Shown: positions 52,328 to 62,132, counted from the first letter of the stretch. The stretch: DNA of 64,000 nucleotides from Acidimicrobiales bacterium (GCA_035297265.1 DATGZH010000007.1:8085-72084), one strand, 5' to 3'. Notes: a model not told the origin generated them from the letters alone. Numbers and translations are program-made.

Positions 52328-53890
52328 CTACTGCTCGAGGGCCGCTCTGATCTTGAGCTTGTCGGGCTTGTGGGAGGGGAGCCAGGGAATCTCCTCGACC
52401 GGCCAGACCTCGATGCGGGTCGGGACCTTGAACGAGGAGAGGTCCTCGCGGGCCTGCCGGCGCACGGCCTCCGGGTCGATCTCGGCCCCGTCGGCCGCCA
52501 CGAGCACCGCCACCACCTCCTCGCCGTGCTCGGCGTGGGGCAGGCCCACCACGAAGGCGTGCAGGATCTCGGGGAACGTCTCGAGCGCCAGCTCCACCTC
52601 GCGGGGGGACACGTTGGCCCCGCGGGACTTGATGATCTCGGTGTAGCGGCCGACGAAGTAGGCCCGGCCCTCGTGCTGGAACACCCGGTCGCCGGTGTGG
52701 AACCAGCCGTCGGCGCCGAAGACCTCCTCCCGCTCCTGCTTGTAGTAGGCGGCCATGAGGCCGGGGCCCCGGATGACGAGCTCGCCCTCGGCCATCTCGG
52801 GCAGGTCCTCGCCCGTGTCGACGTCGCGCACCCGCTCCTCGACGAGCTGGTGCTGCCCCATCGTCTCGCTCATCCCTCGGTGGCCGGGGATGCCGGGCAC
52901 CGGGGTCTCGAGGAGGGCCATGTCCGCCGGGCCGCTCGTGAGCGAGGGGGCCGAGCCGAGGTCCCGCTCGGCGAAGCTCGGGTGGTCACGGAGGGCCGAG
53001 ATGAGCGTCGGCCAACCGAGGGTGGCCGTGCCCCGCTCGCGCTCGATGAGCTCGAGGGCCGGGCCGGGCTCGAACCGCTCGAGGCAGAGCAGCGTGTGGC
53101 CGGCCTGGAGGGCGGCGCCGAGACACAGGATCCCGCCCACCCAGAAGAACGGGAAGGCGCAGAAGAGCCGGGGCGGGTGCCCGGTCTGCGCCGCCTGCGC
53201 CTCCATCATCTGGGCCAGGCCCGCCGTGTCGCGGAGCACCGTCCCGTGGGTGTGGACGACCCCCTTCGGCTCGGCGCTCGAGCCCGAGGTGTAGACGACC
53301 ACCGCCCAGTCGGCCGGCACGACCTCGTCTTCGACCGCCCGGAGCAGGGCGTCGTCGACCGGGTCGAGCGGCGTGGGGTCGAAGTCGAGCGGTCGGGCCC
53401 AACCGGGTGGGTGGCCACCGGACATCCACACCGAGCGGAGGTAGGGCAGCTCGGCCAGGAAGTGCGGCGGCCCGTCGCTCGAGGCGAGGCCCGGCACCGT
53501 GTCGACGAGGAAGGGCTCGAGGTCCCGCCCGAGCAGCCGGTGCGGCAGCAGCAGCGTGTCGACGTCGCCCAGGCGGAGCACCTTCCCCAGCTCGGCCGGG
53601 CGGTAGGTGGTGCTGAAGGGCATGCAGAGGGCCCCGATGCGGCTCACCGCCAACCAGGACACCAGCCACTCGGGCCCGTAGGTGAAGAACAGCCCGACCC
53701 GTGTCCCCTTCCCGATGCCGGCGGCCAGCAGCCGGCGGGCCAGGTTGGCCGACGCCGCCTCGGCCTCGCCGAAGGAGATCCGTCGGTCCGGCATGACGAG
53801 GAAGTCGCGCTCGCCGAAGCGCTCGGCCGCCCGGCGCAGCGCCTCGCCGATGGTCGGCCGGAAGCCGAGATCGAGCCCTTCGGTGGCCAC
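52328..53890 (-). CDS. acyl-CoA synthetase / AMP-dependent ligase
   Basis: It has YTSGSSAEPKGVVHTH, WFHTGDRV, KSRGANVSPREVE and a C-terminal KPDKLKI. GTG 53890 lies 8 nt after the TetR stop. Track ORF 52328-54640 is over-extended. Confidence 0.8.
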   Translation of the reverse strand: MATEGLDLGFRPTIGEALRRAAERFGERDFLVMPDRRISFGEAEAASANLARRLLAAGIGKGTRVGLFFTYGPEWLVSWLAVSRIGALCMPFSTTYRPAELGKVLRLGDVDTLLLPHRLLGRDLEPFLVDTVPGLASSDGPPHFLAELPYLRSVWMSGGHPPGWARPLDFDPTPLDPVDDALLRAVEDEVVPADWAVVVYTSGSSAEPKGVVHTHGTVLRDTAGLAQMMEAQAAQTGHPPRLFCAFPFFWVGGILCLGAALQAGHTLLCLERFEPGPALELIERERGTATLGWPTLISALRDHPSFAERDLGSAPSLTSGPADMALLETPVPGIPGHRGMSETMGQHQLVEERVRDVDTGEDLPEMAEGELVIRGPGLMAAYYKQEREEVFGADGWFHTGDRVFQHEGRAYFVGRYTEIIKSRGANVSPREVELALETFPEILHAFVVGLPHAEHGEEVVAVLVAADGAEIDPEAVRRQAREDLSSFKVPTRIEVWPVEEIPWLPSHKPDKLKIRAALEQ

Positions 53891-53898
53891 GGCGACGG

Positions 53899-54615
53899 TC
53901 AGACGGCGGCGCGGTTGGCCGTCCGCCTGGCGCGGGAGGGGGCCGGCTGCGACTGGGCCGCCCCCGCCAGCACGATGGCGCTGCGGGTCCGCAGAGTCTC
54001 GAGGAGGGGTTCGCGCCGTCCGTAGGCCCAGGCCGAGAGGGCGTCCATGGCCAGCACCTCGAGCATCACCGAGAGCTCCTTCACGTCGGCCGTCGGCGGG
54101 AGCGATCCCTGTTCGCGGGCCAGCTCGAGCGTGGTCCTGAAGGCCCGTCGGAAGCCGAAGTGGTGGGTGTCGTCGTCGCTCCGCTCGCGCCGCAAGAACT
54201 GCGCCACCGAACGGGCCACCGCCACCTTGGGCGCCGCCGACACCCGGCGGGCCAGCGAGACAAGCAGGTCGTCGAGCAGCTCGTCGGCCGGTCGGTCCTC
54301 GGCCACGCCCTCGGCCGCCTCCTCGTAGAGGGCCTCGGCCGTACCCCACCCGAGCTCGAGGAGGATGTCCTCCTTGTGGGCGAAGTGGAAGTAGAAGGTC
54401 CCCTTCGTCACCCCCGCCGCGCTGGCGATCTCCTCGACCGTCGTCTCCTCGACACCGCGGTCGAAGCCGCGCTCGGTCCAGAGGGCGAGGGCCGCCCGGA
54501 CGAGGGCCCGCCTGGTTCGTCGAGAGCGGTCCTGGAGGAGCGCCGAGCGCCGGGGTCCTTCGGACCGGGCGGCGTCGGCCACCGCCGACCCCCCGTCCTG
54601 CTCGGTTTTCGCCAC
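53899..54615 (-). CDS. TetR family transcriptional regulator
   Basis: The HTH is TVEEIASAAGVTKGTFYFHF. GTG 54615 is preceded by GGGGAGG, with GTG 54636 as an alternative. Confidence 0.8.
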   Translation of the reverse strand: MAKTEQDGGSAVADAARSEGPRRSALLQDRSRRTRRALVRAALALWTERGFDRGVEETTVEEIASAAGVTKGTFYFHFAHKEDILLELGWGTAEALYEEAAEGVAEDRPADELLDDLLVSLARRVSAAPKVAVARSVAQFLRRERSDDDTHHFGFRRAFRTTLELAREQGSLPPTADVKELSVMLEVLAMDALSAWAYGRREPLLETLRTRSAIVLAGAAQSQPAPSRARRTANRAAV

Positions 54616-54695
54616 CCACGCACCTCCCCGCGGCACCCAAGGCCTGATTGGACTCCGCCCAATTCTAGGCTGGTGACCTCCGACCGAGGTTCCCT

Positions 54696-55121
54696 TCAGG
54701 CCCGGTCGGCCAGGCCCTTCACACTCACGTGGGCCACGGCCACCAACCGGCCGTCCTTGCCGAGGTCCTCGATGCGCACCTCGGCGACGGCGTCCTGTCG
54801 ACCGGCCCGGAGGGCCACGCCGGTCGCCCGGATGGGGCCGACCCGGGCTGGGGCGAGGAACGAGATCGACATCTGGGCGGTGGCCACCATCGAGCCGAGG
54901 GCCCGGGCCGCGGCCGACGCCCCGGCCACGTCGGCCAAGGTGGCGATCACCCCGCCCTCGACCGAGCCCGAGGGGCCCCGGAGGTCGTCACGGGGGTCGA
55001 GGAGGACGACGACGGCGTCGGACCCGTCGTCGGGGAGGCCGAAGCGGAGCTGCAGCGTCTGCTCGAAGGGTGTCAAGCCCTGCGTCCAGCCTTCGGCCAT
55101 GGCCGGTGCCGTGTCGTCCAT
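54696..55121 (-). CDS. PaaI-family hotdog-fold thioesterase
   Basis: 141 aa with GSVEGGVIATLADVAG. ATG 55121 is preceded by GGAGAGGAG. Confidence 0.75.
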   Translation of the reverse strand: MDDTAPAMAEGWTQGLTPFEQTLQLRFGLPDDGSDAVVVLLDPRDDLRGPSGSVEGGVIATLADVAGASAAARALGSMVATAQMSISFLAPARVGPIRATGVALRAGRQDAVAEVRIEDLGKDGRLVAVAHVSVKGLADRA

Positions 55122-55195
55122 CGCGCCGTGCTCCTCTCCCCGGGACCAGGAGAGTGTGCCAGGCGTAACGTGCGGTCGGCGAAGGAGGTCCTGAG

Positions 55196-55615
55196 ATGCC
55201 TGCACCGAAGGATCCGGCGGGTCTGCTTCGGTACGTGACCGAGGAGATCTGGAACAAGGGGCGTCTCGAGCTGGTGGACGAGCTCGTGGCCGAGAGCTTC
55301 GTCGACCACGTCGACGTGCCCGGCCTCGAGGGAGGGGGCCCGGCGAGGTACCGTCGATCGGTCGAGATGGTCCGCACGGCCATGCCCGACTACCACGAGG
55401 AGATCGAGTGGTGTGTCGCCGAGGGCGACATGGTGGCCGACTACGTGCGGACGAGCGGCACCCACGAAGGCGATTTCTACGGGCTGGCGCCGACGGGGAA
55501 GCGGCTCGAGATGCGGGCGTTCGGCGCGCTGCGCGTCGCCGACGGTCAGATCGTCGAGCGCTGGGGGCTCGGCGACACGATGGCCCTCATGGGTCAGCTG
55601 GGCCGCCTCGGCTGA
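55196..55615 (+). CDS. SnoaL-like ester cyclase / NTF2-fold protein
   Basis: 139 aa with EIWNKGRLELVDELVAESFVDH and GKRLEMRAFGALRVADGQIVERW. The RBS is GAAGGAGG. Confidence 0.7.
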   Translation: MPAPKDPAGLLRYVTEEIWNKGRLELVDELVAESFVDHVDVPGLEGGGPARYRRSVEMVRTAMPDYHEEIEWCVAEGDMVADYVRTSGTHEGDFYGLAPTGKRLEMRAFGALRVADGQIVERWGLGDTMALMGQLGRLG

Positions 55616-55622
55616 CCGGACC

Positions 55623-56195
55623 TCAGCCCGAGGCGAACCGGCGGAAGGGCTCCTTGCCCTCCTCGAGCGGCACCCCCAGGCTGTTCAGGAAGAACGAGAT
55701 GAGGTGGTAATAGCCACAGAACATCACCACCTCGATCAGCTGCCGCTCGTCGTAGCGGGCGACCAGGTTCGACCACGTCCCGTCGCTCACGGACGACGTC
55801 TCGTGCAGCTCGTCGGCCGCCCGCAGGAGCGTGGCCTCGTCCTGTTCCCAGCCCGGGGCGTCCGGGCCGTCGACGATCCGGTCGAGCTCCTCCTCGGTGA
55901 CACCGGCCGCCCGGGCCAGGTCGGCGTGCTGCGCGAACTCGTAGGGCGACTGGCAGAGCCAGCCGGTGCGCAGGATCAGGAGCTCTCGCTCCCGCACGGT
56001 GAGGCTCCCCCGGCGGAGCTCGCCACCGAGACGGACACAGCGGGCGAGCACGTCGGGGTGCCGGGCCATGGTGGCGTAGACATTGACCGTGGTGCCGAAG
56101 ACGAATTCGTCGAGGAGGGCCTGGACGGCCTCGTCCCGCTCGTCCTCTCCGAGGGGAGGGATTCTGGGCGCGGCCGGACGGGTCACAGGTGCCAT
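55623..56195 (-). CDS. carboxymuconolactone decarboxylase (AhpD-like) family protein
   Basis: 190 aa with RERELLILRTGWLCQSPYEFAQH. Track ORF 55623-56561 is over-extended. Confidence 0.7.
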   Translation of the reverse strand: MAPVTRPAAPRIPPLGEDERDEAVQALLDEFVFGTTVNVYATMARHPDVLARCVRLGGELRRGSLTVRERELLILRTGWLCQSPYEFAQHADLARAAGVTEEELDRIVDGPDAPGWEQDEATLLRAADELHETSSVSDGTWSNLVARYDERQLIEVVMFCGYYHLISFFLNSLGVPLEEGKEPFRRFASG

Positions 56196-56243
56196 GGCGA
56201 CATTGTCACCCGGATCGCGGTCCGAAGAAGGCAAGGAGAGCGG

Positions 56244-56702
56244 ATGGACAGCCTGAACCACGTGAAGATCGTCACCCCCGACCCCGCCGCGGTGGACCGC
56301 TTCCTGCGAGAGGTGCTCGACATCCCGGCCGGTTGGACGATCGGCGAGGGCCCCGGCGACGGCCCAACCCGCGAGGTGGCGACCGCCCGGGAGGACGACG
56401 GCAGCCTCACCTGGGAGTCGGTCGGGCGGTTCCGGGGCGCCGGGGGAGGCGGCGGGTTCATCGCCGGCTCGTCGAAGAGCCGGCAGTTCCAGATCTTCGA
56501 GGGGGAGAAGGCCCACATCTGGGCGGTGGCCGTCGGCACTCGCAACCTCGAGCAGGCCCACCAGCGCTGCCAGGAACAGGGCGTCGCCTGCAGCGAGATC
56601 CGCCTCGTGCCCTGGGGCGAGGGGAGCATCCGGGCCTTCTTCGCCGAGGTGGGCGGCATCGTCTTCGAAGTGCTCCGGGTCGAGGCGGCCGCCCCGTCGT
56701 GA
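56244..56702 (+). CDS. VOC (glyoxalase/bleomycin-resistance/dioxygenase) family protein
   Basis: 152 aa starting with MDSLNHVKIVTPDP. The RBS is AAGGAGAG. Confidence 0.65.
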   Translation: MDSLNHVKIVTPDPAAVDRFLREVLDIPAGWTIGEGPGDGPTREVATAREDDGSLTWESVGRFRGAGGGGGFIAGSSKSRQFQIFEGEKAHIWAVAVGTRNLEQAHQRCQEQGVACSEIRLVPWGEGSIRAFFAEVGGIVFEVLRVEAAAPS

Positions 56703-56752
56703 CGCGATAGCAACCCGGCCGGACCCCGGCCGGGTACCTACCCGGCAGTAGT

Positions 56753-57274
56753 TTGGACCCGGTGACCTCGACCAGCCCCACGGCTTCGGCCTCTCCCTTC
56801 GCGCCCCCGGAGGGAGGCTCCTGGGTACGGGTCTCCCATCGGCTCTGCACGATGCGCCGCGCCGTGCTCCTCGTCCTCGGCATCCCCTTCGTGGGTGCCG
56901 CCGCCGCCCTCCTCTACAACTGGAGCGCCGTGGCCTGCGACGTCGCCATCGGTGTCGGGTTCCTCGCCCTCCTCTCTGGCTGGGTGATCATCGGGCGCAA
57001 CTGGCACTCGTGGGGCTACGCGGAGCGGGCCGACGACCTGCTCGTCACACACGGGGCGATGTTCAAGAAGCTGGTCGTGGTCCCCTACGGCCGGATGCAG
57101 CTGGTCGACGTCGAGGCCGGCCCGGTCGAGCGGCTGTTCGGGGTGGTGAAGGTCAAGCTGCACACCGCGGCGGCCACCACCGACGCCCGGGTCCTCGGGC
57201 TCGTCCCGGAGGACGCGGTCGCCCTGCGTGACCGGCTGCGGGCGCTCGGCGAAGCCCGGGCGGCCGGACTTTGA
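56753..57274 (+). CDS. bacterial PH-domain membrane protein (YdbS-like)
   Basis: It has two N-terminal TM helices followed by YAERADDLLVTHGAMFKKLVVVPYGRMQLVDV. The start is uncertain (TTG 56753 or GTG 56762). Confidence 0.65.
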   Translation: MDPVTSTSPTASASPFAPPEGGSWVRVSHRLCTMRRAVLLVLGIPFVGAAAALLYNWSAVACDVAIGVGFLALLSGWVIIGRNWHSWGYAERADDLLVTHGAMFKKLVVVPYGRMQLVDVEAGPVERLFGVVKVKLHTAAATTDARVLGLVPEDAVALRDRLRALGEARAAGL

Positions 57275-58722
57275 GCTCCGTGGCCGAGCAGCCCCCCGAC
57301 CTCGAAGGGGTCACCCACCGGCTCCACCCGCTCACGCCGGTCGCCTACGCCGGCCGGGTCATCGGCCTCGTGCTGGCCTTCGTCATCCTCGGGCACCTCG
57401 ACACGTCGAACAGCTCGGGCCAGGCCTCGGGCACCTCGGCGGGCCAGGCGACCCTCGTGACCGTGTCCATCCTCGGTGCCCTGACGGTCATCACCCTGCT
57501 CCGCGGCACGGTCGCCCTCATGACCACGCAGTACGGGCTGGAGGCGGGCGAGTTCCGCATCGACTCGGGCCTGCTCCAGCGCCAGTCCAAGCGGGTGCGC
57601 CTCGACCGCCTGCAGAGCGTCGACGTCATCCAGCCGCTCACCGCCCGGGTCCTCGGGCTGGCCGAGCTGCGCCTCAGCACCGCCGGGACCGAGCGGGCGT
57701 CACTCCGCGTCCGCTATATCGCCTACGGCCACGCCCAGGCGCTGCGGGCCGAGCTCCTCGGGCGCTCGGCGGGCATCGGCCCCGGCGTGGCCGAGGCCCC
57801 CGAGCACCCACTGATCACGATCCAGCCCGGGTCCCTCCTGGCGGCCGTGCTCCTCGAGCTCGTCTCGTGGCGGGTCCTGCTCCTGCTCGCCGGCCCGGCC
57901 CTCGCCGTGGCGGCGGCGAACGCCTCGAGCGGGCCGCACCCGGCGGCCACCGGGGTCGGAATCGGGCTCTTCGTCTACGGCCTGTTCATCGTGGCCCACT
58001 TCATCTGGCGTCGGGTCACGACGCTCTGGGACTTCACCGTGGCCGAGTCACCCGACGGCCTACGCATCCGGCGGGGCCTCCTGGCGACGAGCGCCCAGAC
58101 GGTGCCCTTCGACCGCATCCAGGCCCTCTACCTCCACCAGCCGATGCTCTTCCGGCCCTTTGGGTGGGCGCTCGTGCGGATGAACGTGGCCGGTTACGTC
58201 GGCCGCGAGGTGTCCGAGCAGACGGTCCTCCTCCCGGTGGCGCCCCGGGCCTTCGCCGAGTGGCTCGTGAGCAGGGTGGTCGGCGTCGACGTCGCGCAGG
58301 TGGCGGTCACCCGCCCGCCCCGGCGGGCTCGTTTCCGGGCCCCTCTGTGGTGGCGGGCCGAGGGAACGGGCTCGGACGAAGGGATCTTCGTCACCCGTCA
58401 CGGGGTCTTCTCCCGCTCGATCGAGGCCGTCCCCCACCAACGGACCCAGAGTGTCCACATGACGGCCGGCCCGTGGTCGCGGGCCCTCGGTCTGGCCTCG
58501 GTCCACCTCGACTCCACCCGCGGGCCGGTCAAGATCCGGGCTCGCTTCCGCGACGCCCACGAAGCCCGGCGGATCCTCGACCTCCAAGCCGAACGGGCCC
58601 GCCAGGCCCGCCGCCGGGCCTCGGCCCCCGCTCCCCTGCCGAACGGGGCACCCCTGCCCGACGGCACCGCCCTCAGCACCGTGGCCGACGGCGGTGCGGG
58701 TGGGACCGGGCCCACACCCTGA
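57271..58722 (+). CDS. bacterial PH-domain membrane protein (YdbT-like, multiple bPH_2 modules)
   Basis: 483 aa with HRLHPLTP and repeated TM-plus-PH modules (RLDRLQSVDVIQ, PFDRIQALYLHQ, HQRTQSVHMT). TTG 57271 overlaps the upstream stop, and GTG 57280 is an alternative. Confidence 0.7.
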   Translation: MSSVAEQPPDLEGVTHRLHPLTPVAYAGRVIGLVLAFVILGHLDTSNSSGQASGTSAGQATLVTVSILGALTVITLLRGTVALMTTQYGLEAGEFRIDSGLLQRQSKRVRLDRLQSVDVIQPLTARVLGLAELRLSTAGTERASLRVRYIAYGHAQALRAELLGRSAGIGPGVAEAPEHPLITIQPGSLLAAVLLELVSWRVLLLLAGPALAVAAANASSGPHPAATGVGIGLFVYGLFIVAHFIWRRVTTLWDFTVAESPDGLRIRRGLLATSAQTVPFDRIQALYLHQPMLFRPFGWALVRMNVAGYVGREVSEQTVLLPVAPRAFAEWLVSRVVGVDVAQVAVTRPPRRARFRAPLWWRAEGTGSDEGIFVTRHGVFSRSIEAVPHQRTQSVHMTAGPWSRALGLASVHLDSTRGPVKIRARFRDAHEARRILDLQAERARQARRRASAPAPLPNGAPLPDGTALSTVADGGAGGTGPTP

Positions 58723-58725
58723 CCG

Positions 58726-59472
58726 TCAGCGTCCCCCCGCCACGTCGAGCAGGGCGCCGGTCACATAGGAGGCCTCGTCGGACGTGAGCCAGACGATGGC
58801 CGCGGCGATCTCCTCGGCTTCCCCGGCGCGCCGCATCGGGATCTGGTCGCGCAGCCGCTCGATGCGGTCCGGCTGGCCGGTGGCCGCGTGGATGTCGGTG
58901 CGAATGATGCCCGGGCGTACCGCGTTCACCCGGATCCCCTCGGTGGCCACCTCCTTGGCCAGACCGATGGTCATCGTGTCGACCGCGGCCTTCGAGGCCG
59001 CATAGTCCACGTACTCCCCCGGGCTGCCGTGGCGGGACGCCGCCGACGAGACGTTCACGATGGCGCCGCCCTGCCCGCCGTGCGCCGTCGACATCCGCCG
59101 GACGGCCTCCCGCGCGCAGAGCATGGACCCGAGGACGTTCACCGCGAACATGCGGGCGATCCGCGCCCCGTCGAGCTCGTCCAACCGGGCGGCCACGTCG
59201 GTGATGCCGGCGTTGTTCACGAGGGCGCCCGGTGGGCCGAGGGCCTCGTCGACTGCGGCGAAGAGCGCCACGACGTCGTCCTCCACGCTCACGTCGGCCC
59301 GCAGCGCGATGGCCTGGCGACCGGCTGCCCGGCAGGCCGCCGCCACATCCTCGGCGGCCGCCGTCTCGATCCGGTAGGCGAGGGCCATGTCCCAGCCGGC
59401 GGCGGCCAGGCGCCGAGCGGTCGCCGCGCCGATGCCCCGGCTCCCTCCCGTGACGACCGCGACCCGGCCCAT
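58726..59472 (-). CDS. SDR family oxidoreductase
   Basis: It has TGGSRGIG, NNAG and YxxxK as YAASKAA. ATG 59472 is the start, and the track start at 59619 is over-extended. Confidence 0.85.
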   Translation of the reverse strand: MGRVAVVTGGSRGIGAATARRLAAAGWDMALAYRIETAAAEDVAAACRAAGRQAIALRADVSVEDDVVALFAAVDEALGPPGALVNNAGITDVAARLDELDGARIARMFAVNVLGSMLCAREAVRRMSTAHGGQGGAIVNVSSAASRHGSPGEYVDYAASKAAVDTMTIGLAKEVATEGIRVNAVRPGIIRTDIHAATGQPDRIERLRDQIPMRRAGEAEEIAAAIVWLTSDEASYVTGALLDVAGGR

Positions 59473-59512
59473 CGTTCCCGCTCCGTCAGGTGCTGGCAAC
59501 CGGCACGCGCCG

Positions 59513-59854
59513 TCAGTCGGTGACGATGCGGTAGAAGACCGCGCCCTCGTCCCCGGCCACGAGGGCGTAGGTCGTCTCCTTGGCCACGAAGAGGACGCTC
59601 CCCGGGCCACTCTCCACACCGTCGAGGTTGACCGACCCGGAGACCACGACCATGACCTCGCCCGTCTCGTGCTCGTGCGGCGGGTCCGAATGCCCCGGGG
59701 GGTAGGAGACGAACTGCATCGGGGGCACGCCCTCCTCGCCCCGGGTGAGGGCCTTGAAGCGGACGCCGTCGGCGATGGTGCCGCCGCCGTCCTTGAAGGC
59801 CACCCAGTCGATGTCGCGCTCGTTGACCCGGAACGTCCTCGTCACCGGCCCCAT
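59513..59854 (-). CDS. cupin domain protein
   Basis: 113 aa with the two-His cupin motif GHSDPPHEHETGE followed by a beta-rich tail. Confidence 0.65.
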   Translation of the reverse strand: MGPVTRTFRVNERDIDWVAFKDGGGTIADGVRFKALTRGEEGVPPMQFVSYPPGHSDPPHEHETGEVMVVVSGSVNLDGVESGPGSVLFVAKETTYALVAGDEGAVFYRIVTD

Positions 59855-60023
59855 CCTCGTCCTGGTCGTGTCGCTCTTCCTAGCACGGTCGGGCTGGCCG
59901 AGCGCCTGGCCCGCGTCGGGCGCGAACGTCGTGACCTGGACCGACACCGAACGCCTCCTCGGAGCTGGCCGGTCGCGAGAAGATGCAGGTAACAGAGGCC
60001 CACCGGAGGAGCGACGCACCCAG

Positions 60024-62096
60024 ATGAGCGTCGACACGCTCGTAGAAGAGGAGGAGCACGACCGCCTGGAGGCCGCGGCGGACGCGGCCGACGCGCCGGC
60101 GGCGCCGTCCTCGGGGGTGCCGTGGGGCCGGGTGGCGCTCGGCATCGGCAAGCACCTCGGGGTCATCGCCCTCTTCGCCGTCCCGGCCGTCGTCCTCTGG
60201 TGGCACGTGTGGGACGGCCACGCCGCCTCCCGCCTGGCTTGTGCCTGCGGGGACAGCGGCCAGGAGGTGTGGTTCATCGCCTGGCCGGCCTACGCCCTGG
60301 CCCACGGCCACAACCCCTTCTTCACCACCTGGCTCAACGCGCCGAGGGGGACGAACCTCCTCGCCAACACGAGCTCCCCCCTCGTGGGCACCGCGCTGGC
60401 CCCGGTCACGTGGCTCTTCGGCCCGATCGCCGCGACGAACGTGGCGCTCACCCTCACGCCGGCGCTCTCGGCCTGGGGCGCCTGGGTCGCCTGCCGCCGC
60501 CTGACCGGGTGGTCGCCGGCCGCGTTCGTGGCCGGGCTCTTGTTCGGCTATTCACCGGTCGTGGTGAGCAACGTGGCCACCGGCCACGTCTACATGGGGT
60601 TGCTCGTGGCGTTGCCCCTCATGCTCCTCGTGGCCCACGAGCTGCTCGTGACCCAGCGCGGCAACCCATGGCGGTGGGGGGTGGCGCTCGGGCTCCTCGT
60701 CGTCGTCCAGTTCTTCATCTCGACCGAGGTGCTCACCATGGCCGCCCTCGTGGCCATCGTCGGTGTCGTCGCCTGGATCGTGGCCGCGCCCCGGGCCCTC
60801 CCCGGGCGGCTCCCCTTCGCCGCGAGAGGTGTGCTCGCCGGCGCGCTCGTGGCCGGCGTGCTGCTCGCCTACCCGGCGTGGTTCGCCCTGGCCGGGCCGC
60901 GCCACCTGACCGGTGCGCCGTGGGAGCTCCTCGCCATCGCCGGCAACCGGCTGTCCGACGTCTGGAACCCGGGCGCCTACCGCGCACCGGCCAGCGGCAT
61001 CGTGCGTCTCGGCGGCTACGAGGGTCTGGCCGGGCCCACCTTCGCCTACCTCGGCTTCGGGGTGCTGGCCCTCGCCGGCGCCTCGCTCGTCGTGGCCTGG
61101 CGGCGCCGTCTCGCCTGGGTGAGCGCGGCCCTCGCGCTCGTCACCCTCTGGCTGTCCCTCGGCTCGCTCTTCTACGAGAGCAACGGTCGCTACACGACCG
61201 GCCGGTGGCTCCCGTGGCGCACGCTCAGCACGCTGCCCATCCTCGACAAGATCCTGCCCGCCCGATTCTCAGCCTTCACCGACCTCTTCGTCGCCGTCCT
61301 GATCGCTCTCGGGCTCGCCGCCGCCTATCGCCGGGCGACGGCCCGGGCCGGCCGACGGACGCCGGCCGCCACGGTCGACGGCGGCGCAGGAGCGCGGGCC
61401 GGGCGAGGACGTCGCATGGGGTTGACGGCGGTCGCCGCGGCCGTGCTCGTCGGCGTGTCCCTCGCCGCCCTCGTACCGGTGTGGCGCACCTACCAGGTCC
61501 CGTTGGCCACGACCACGGTGCGGCCACCGGCGTGGTTCGCCACCGCCGCCACGACGGTGCGGCCGGGCTCGGTCGTGCTCGTCTACCCGTTCCCGACGCC
61601 CTCGACCGACACCTCGGGCCCGATGGTCTGGCAGGCCGAGGACGGCATGCGCTTCCGGCTGGCCGGCGGCTACGTGAAGATCCCGGGCCCGGACGGCCGG
61701 GCCCTCGACGCCGGACCGCCCCACTCGGTCACCCGCACCCTCGCCGCGCTCTCCGCCTTGGCCGCCGGACCGCTCCCGGCGGGGACCACCCGCCAGCTGG
61801 CGGAGGTGCAGGGCGCCGTCCGCCGCTGGCACGTCGACGAAGTCGTCGTGACCCGACAGGGCGGCCGCGATCCGGCCTACGCCGCCGCCCTCTTCACCGC
61901 GGCCCTCGGTCGGCTCCCGTCGTTGTCCCACGGGGCCTGGGTCTGGCCCGTGGCGAGGGGCGCGGCCCCGCGTCCGGCCGCCGCAGCCCGTGCCCTCAGG
62001 GCTTGCGTCACCGCCCCTGGCGTCGTCCGCGGTGTCGGCGCCGGCCTGACGCAGGCGGGCAACGCCTGTGTCATTGGTCATCTCAAAGCGCGTTGA
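60024..62096 (+). CDS. large polytopic membrane protein with C-terminal extracytoplasmic domain (possible GT-C-type transferase)
   Basis: 690 aa with about 11-13 hydrophobic helices in the first ~480 aa and then a ~200-aa soluble-looking tail. No named family was recognised. Confidence 0.65.
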   Translation: MSVDTLVEEEEHDRLEAAADAADAPAAPSSGVPWGRVALGIGKHLGVIALFAVPAVVLWWHVWDGHAASRLACACGDSGQEVWFIAWPAYALAHGHNPFFTTWLNAPRGTNLLANTSSPLVGTALAPVTWLFGPIAATNVALTLTPALSAWGAWVACRRLTGWSPAAFVAGLLFGYSPVVVSNVATGHVYMGLLVALPLMLLVAHELLVTQRGNPWRWGVALGLLVVVQFFISTEVLTMAALVAIVGVVAWIVAAPRALPGRLPFAARGVLAGALVAGVLLAYPAWFALAGPRHLTGAPWELLAIAGNRLSDVWNPGAYRAPASGIVRLGGYEGLAGPTFAYLGFGVLALAGASLVVAWRRRLAWVSAALALVTLWLSLGSLFYESNGRYTTGRWLPWRTLSTLPILDKILPARFSAFTDLFVAVLIALGLAAAYRRATARAGRRTPAATVDGGAGARAGRGRRMGLTAVAAAVLVGVSLAALVPVWRTYQVPLATTTVRPPAWFATAATTVRPGSVVLVYPFPTPSTDTSGPMVWQAEDGMRFRLAGGYVKIPGPDGRALDAGPPHSVTRTLAALSALAAGPLPAGTTRQLAEVQGAVRRWHVDEVVVTRQGGRDPAYAAALFTAALGRLPSLSHGAWVWPVARGAAPRPAAAARALRACVTAPGVVRGVGAGLTQAGNACVIGHLKAR

Positions 62097-62132
62097 GGTG
62101 GGTGCCCCGACAGAACCCGAAAAGGAGTGCGA

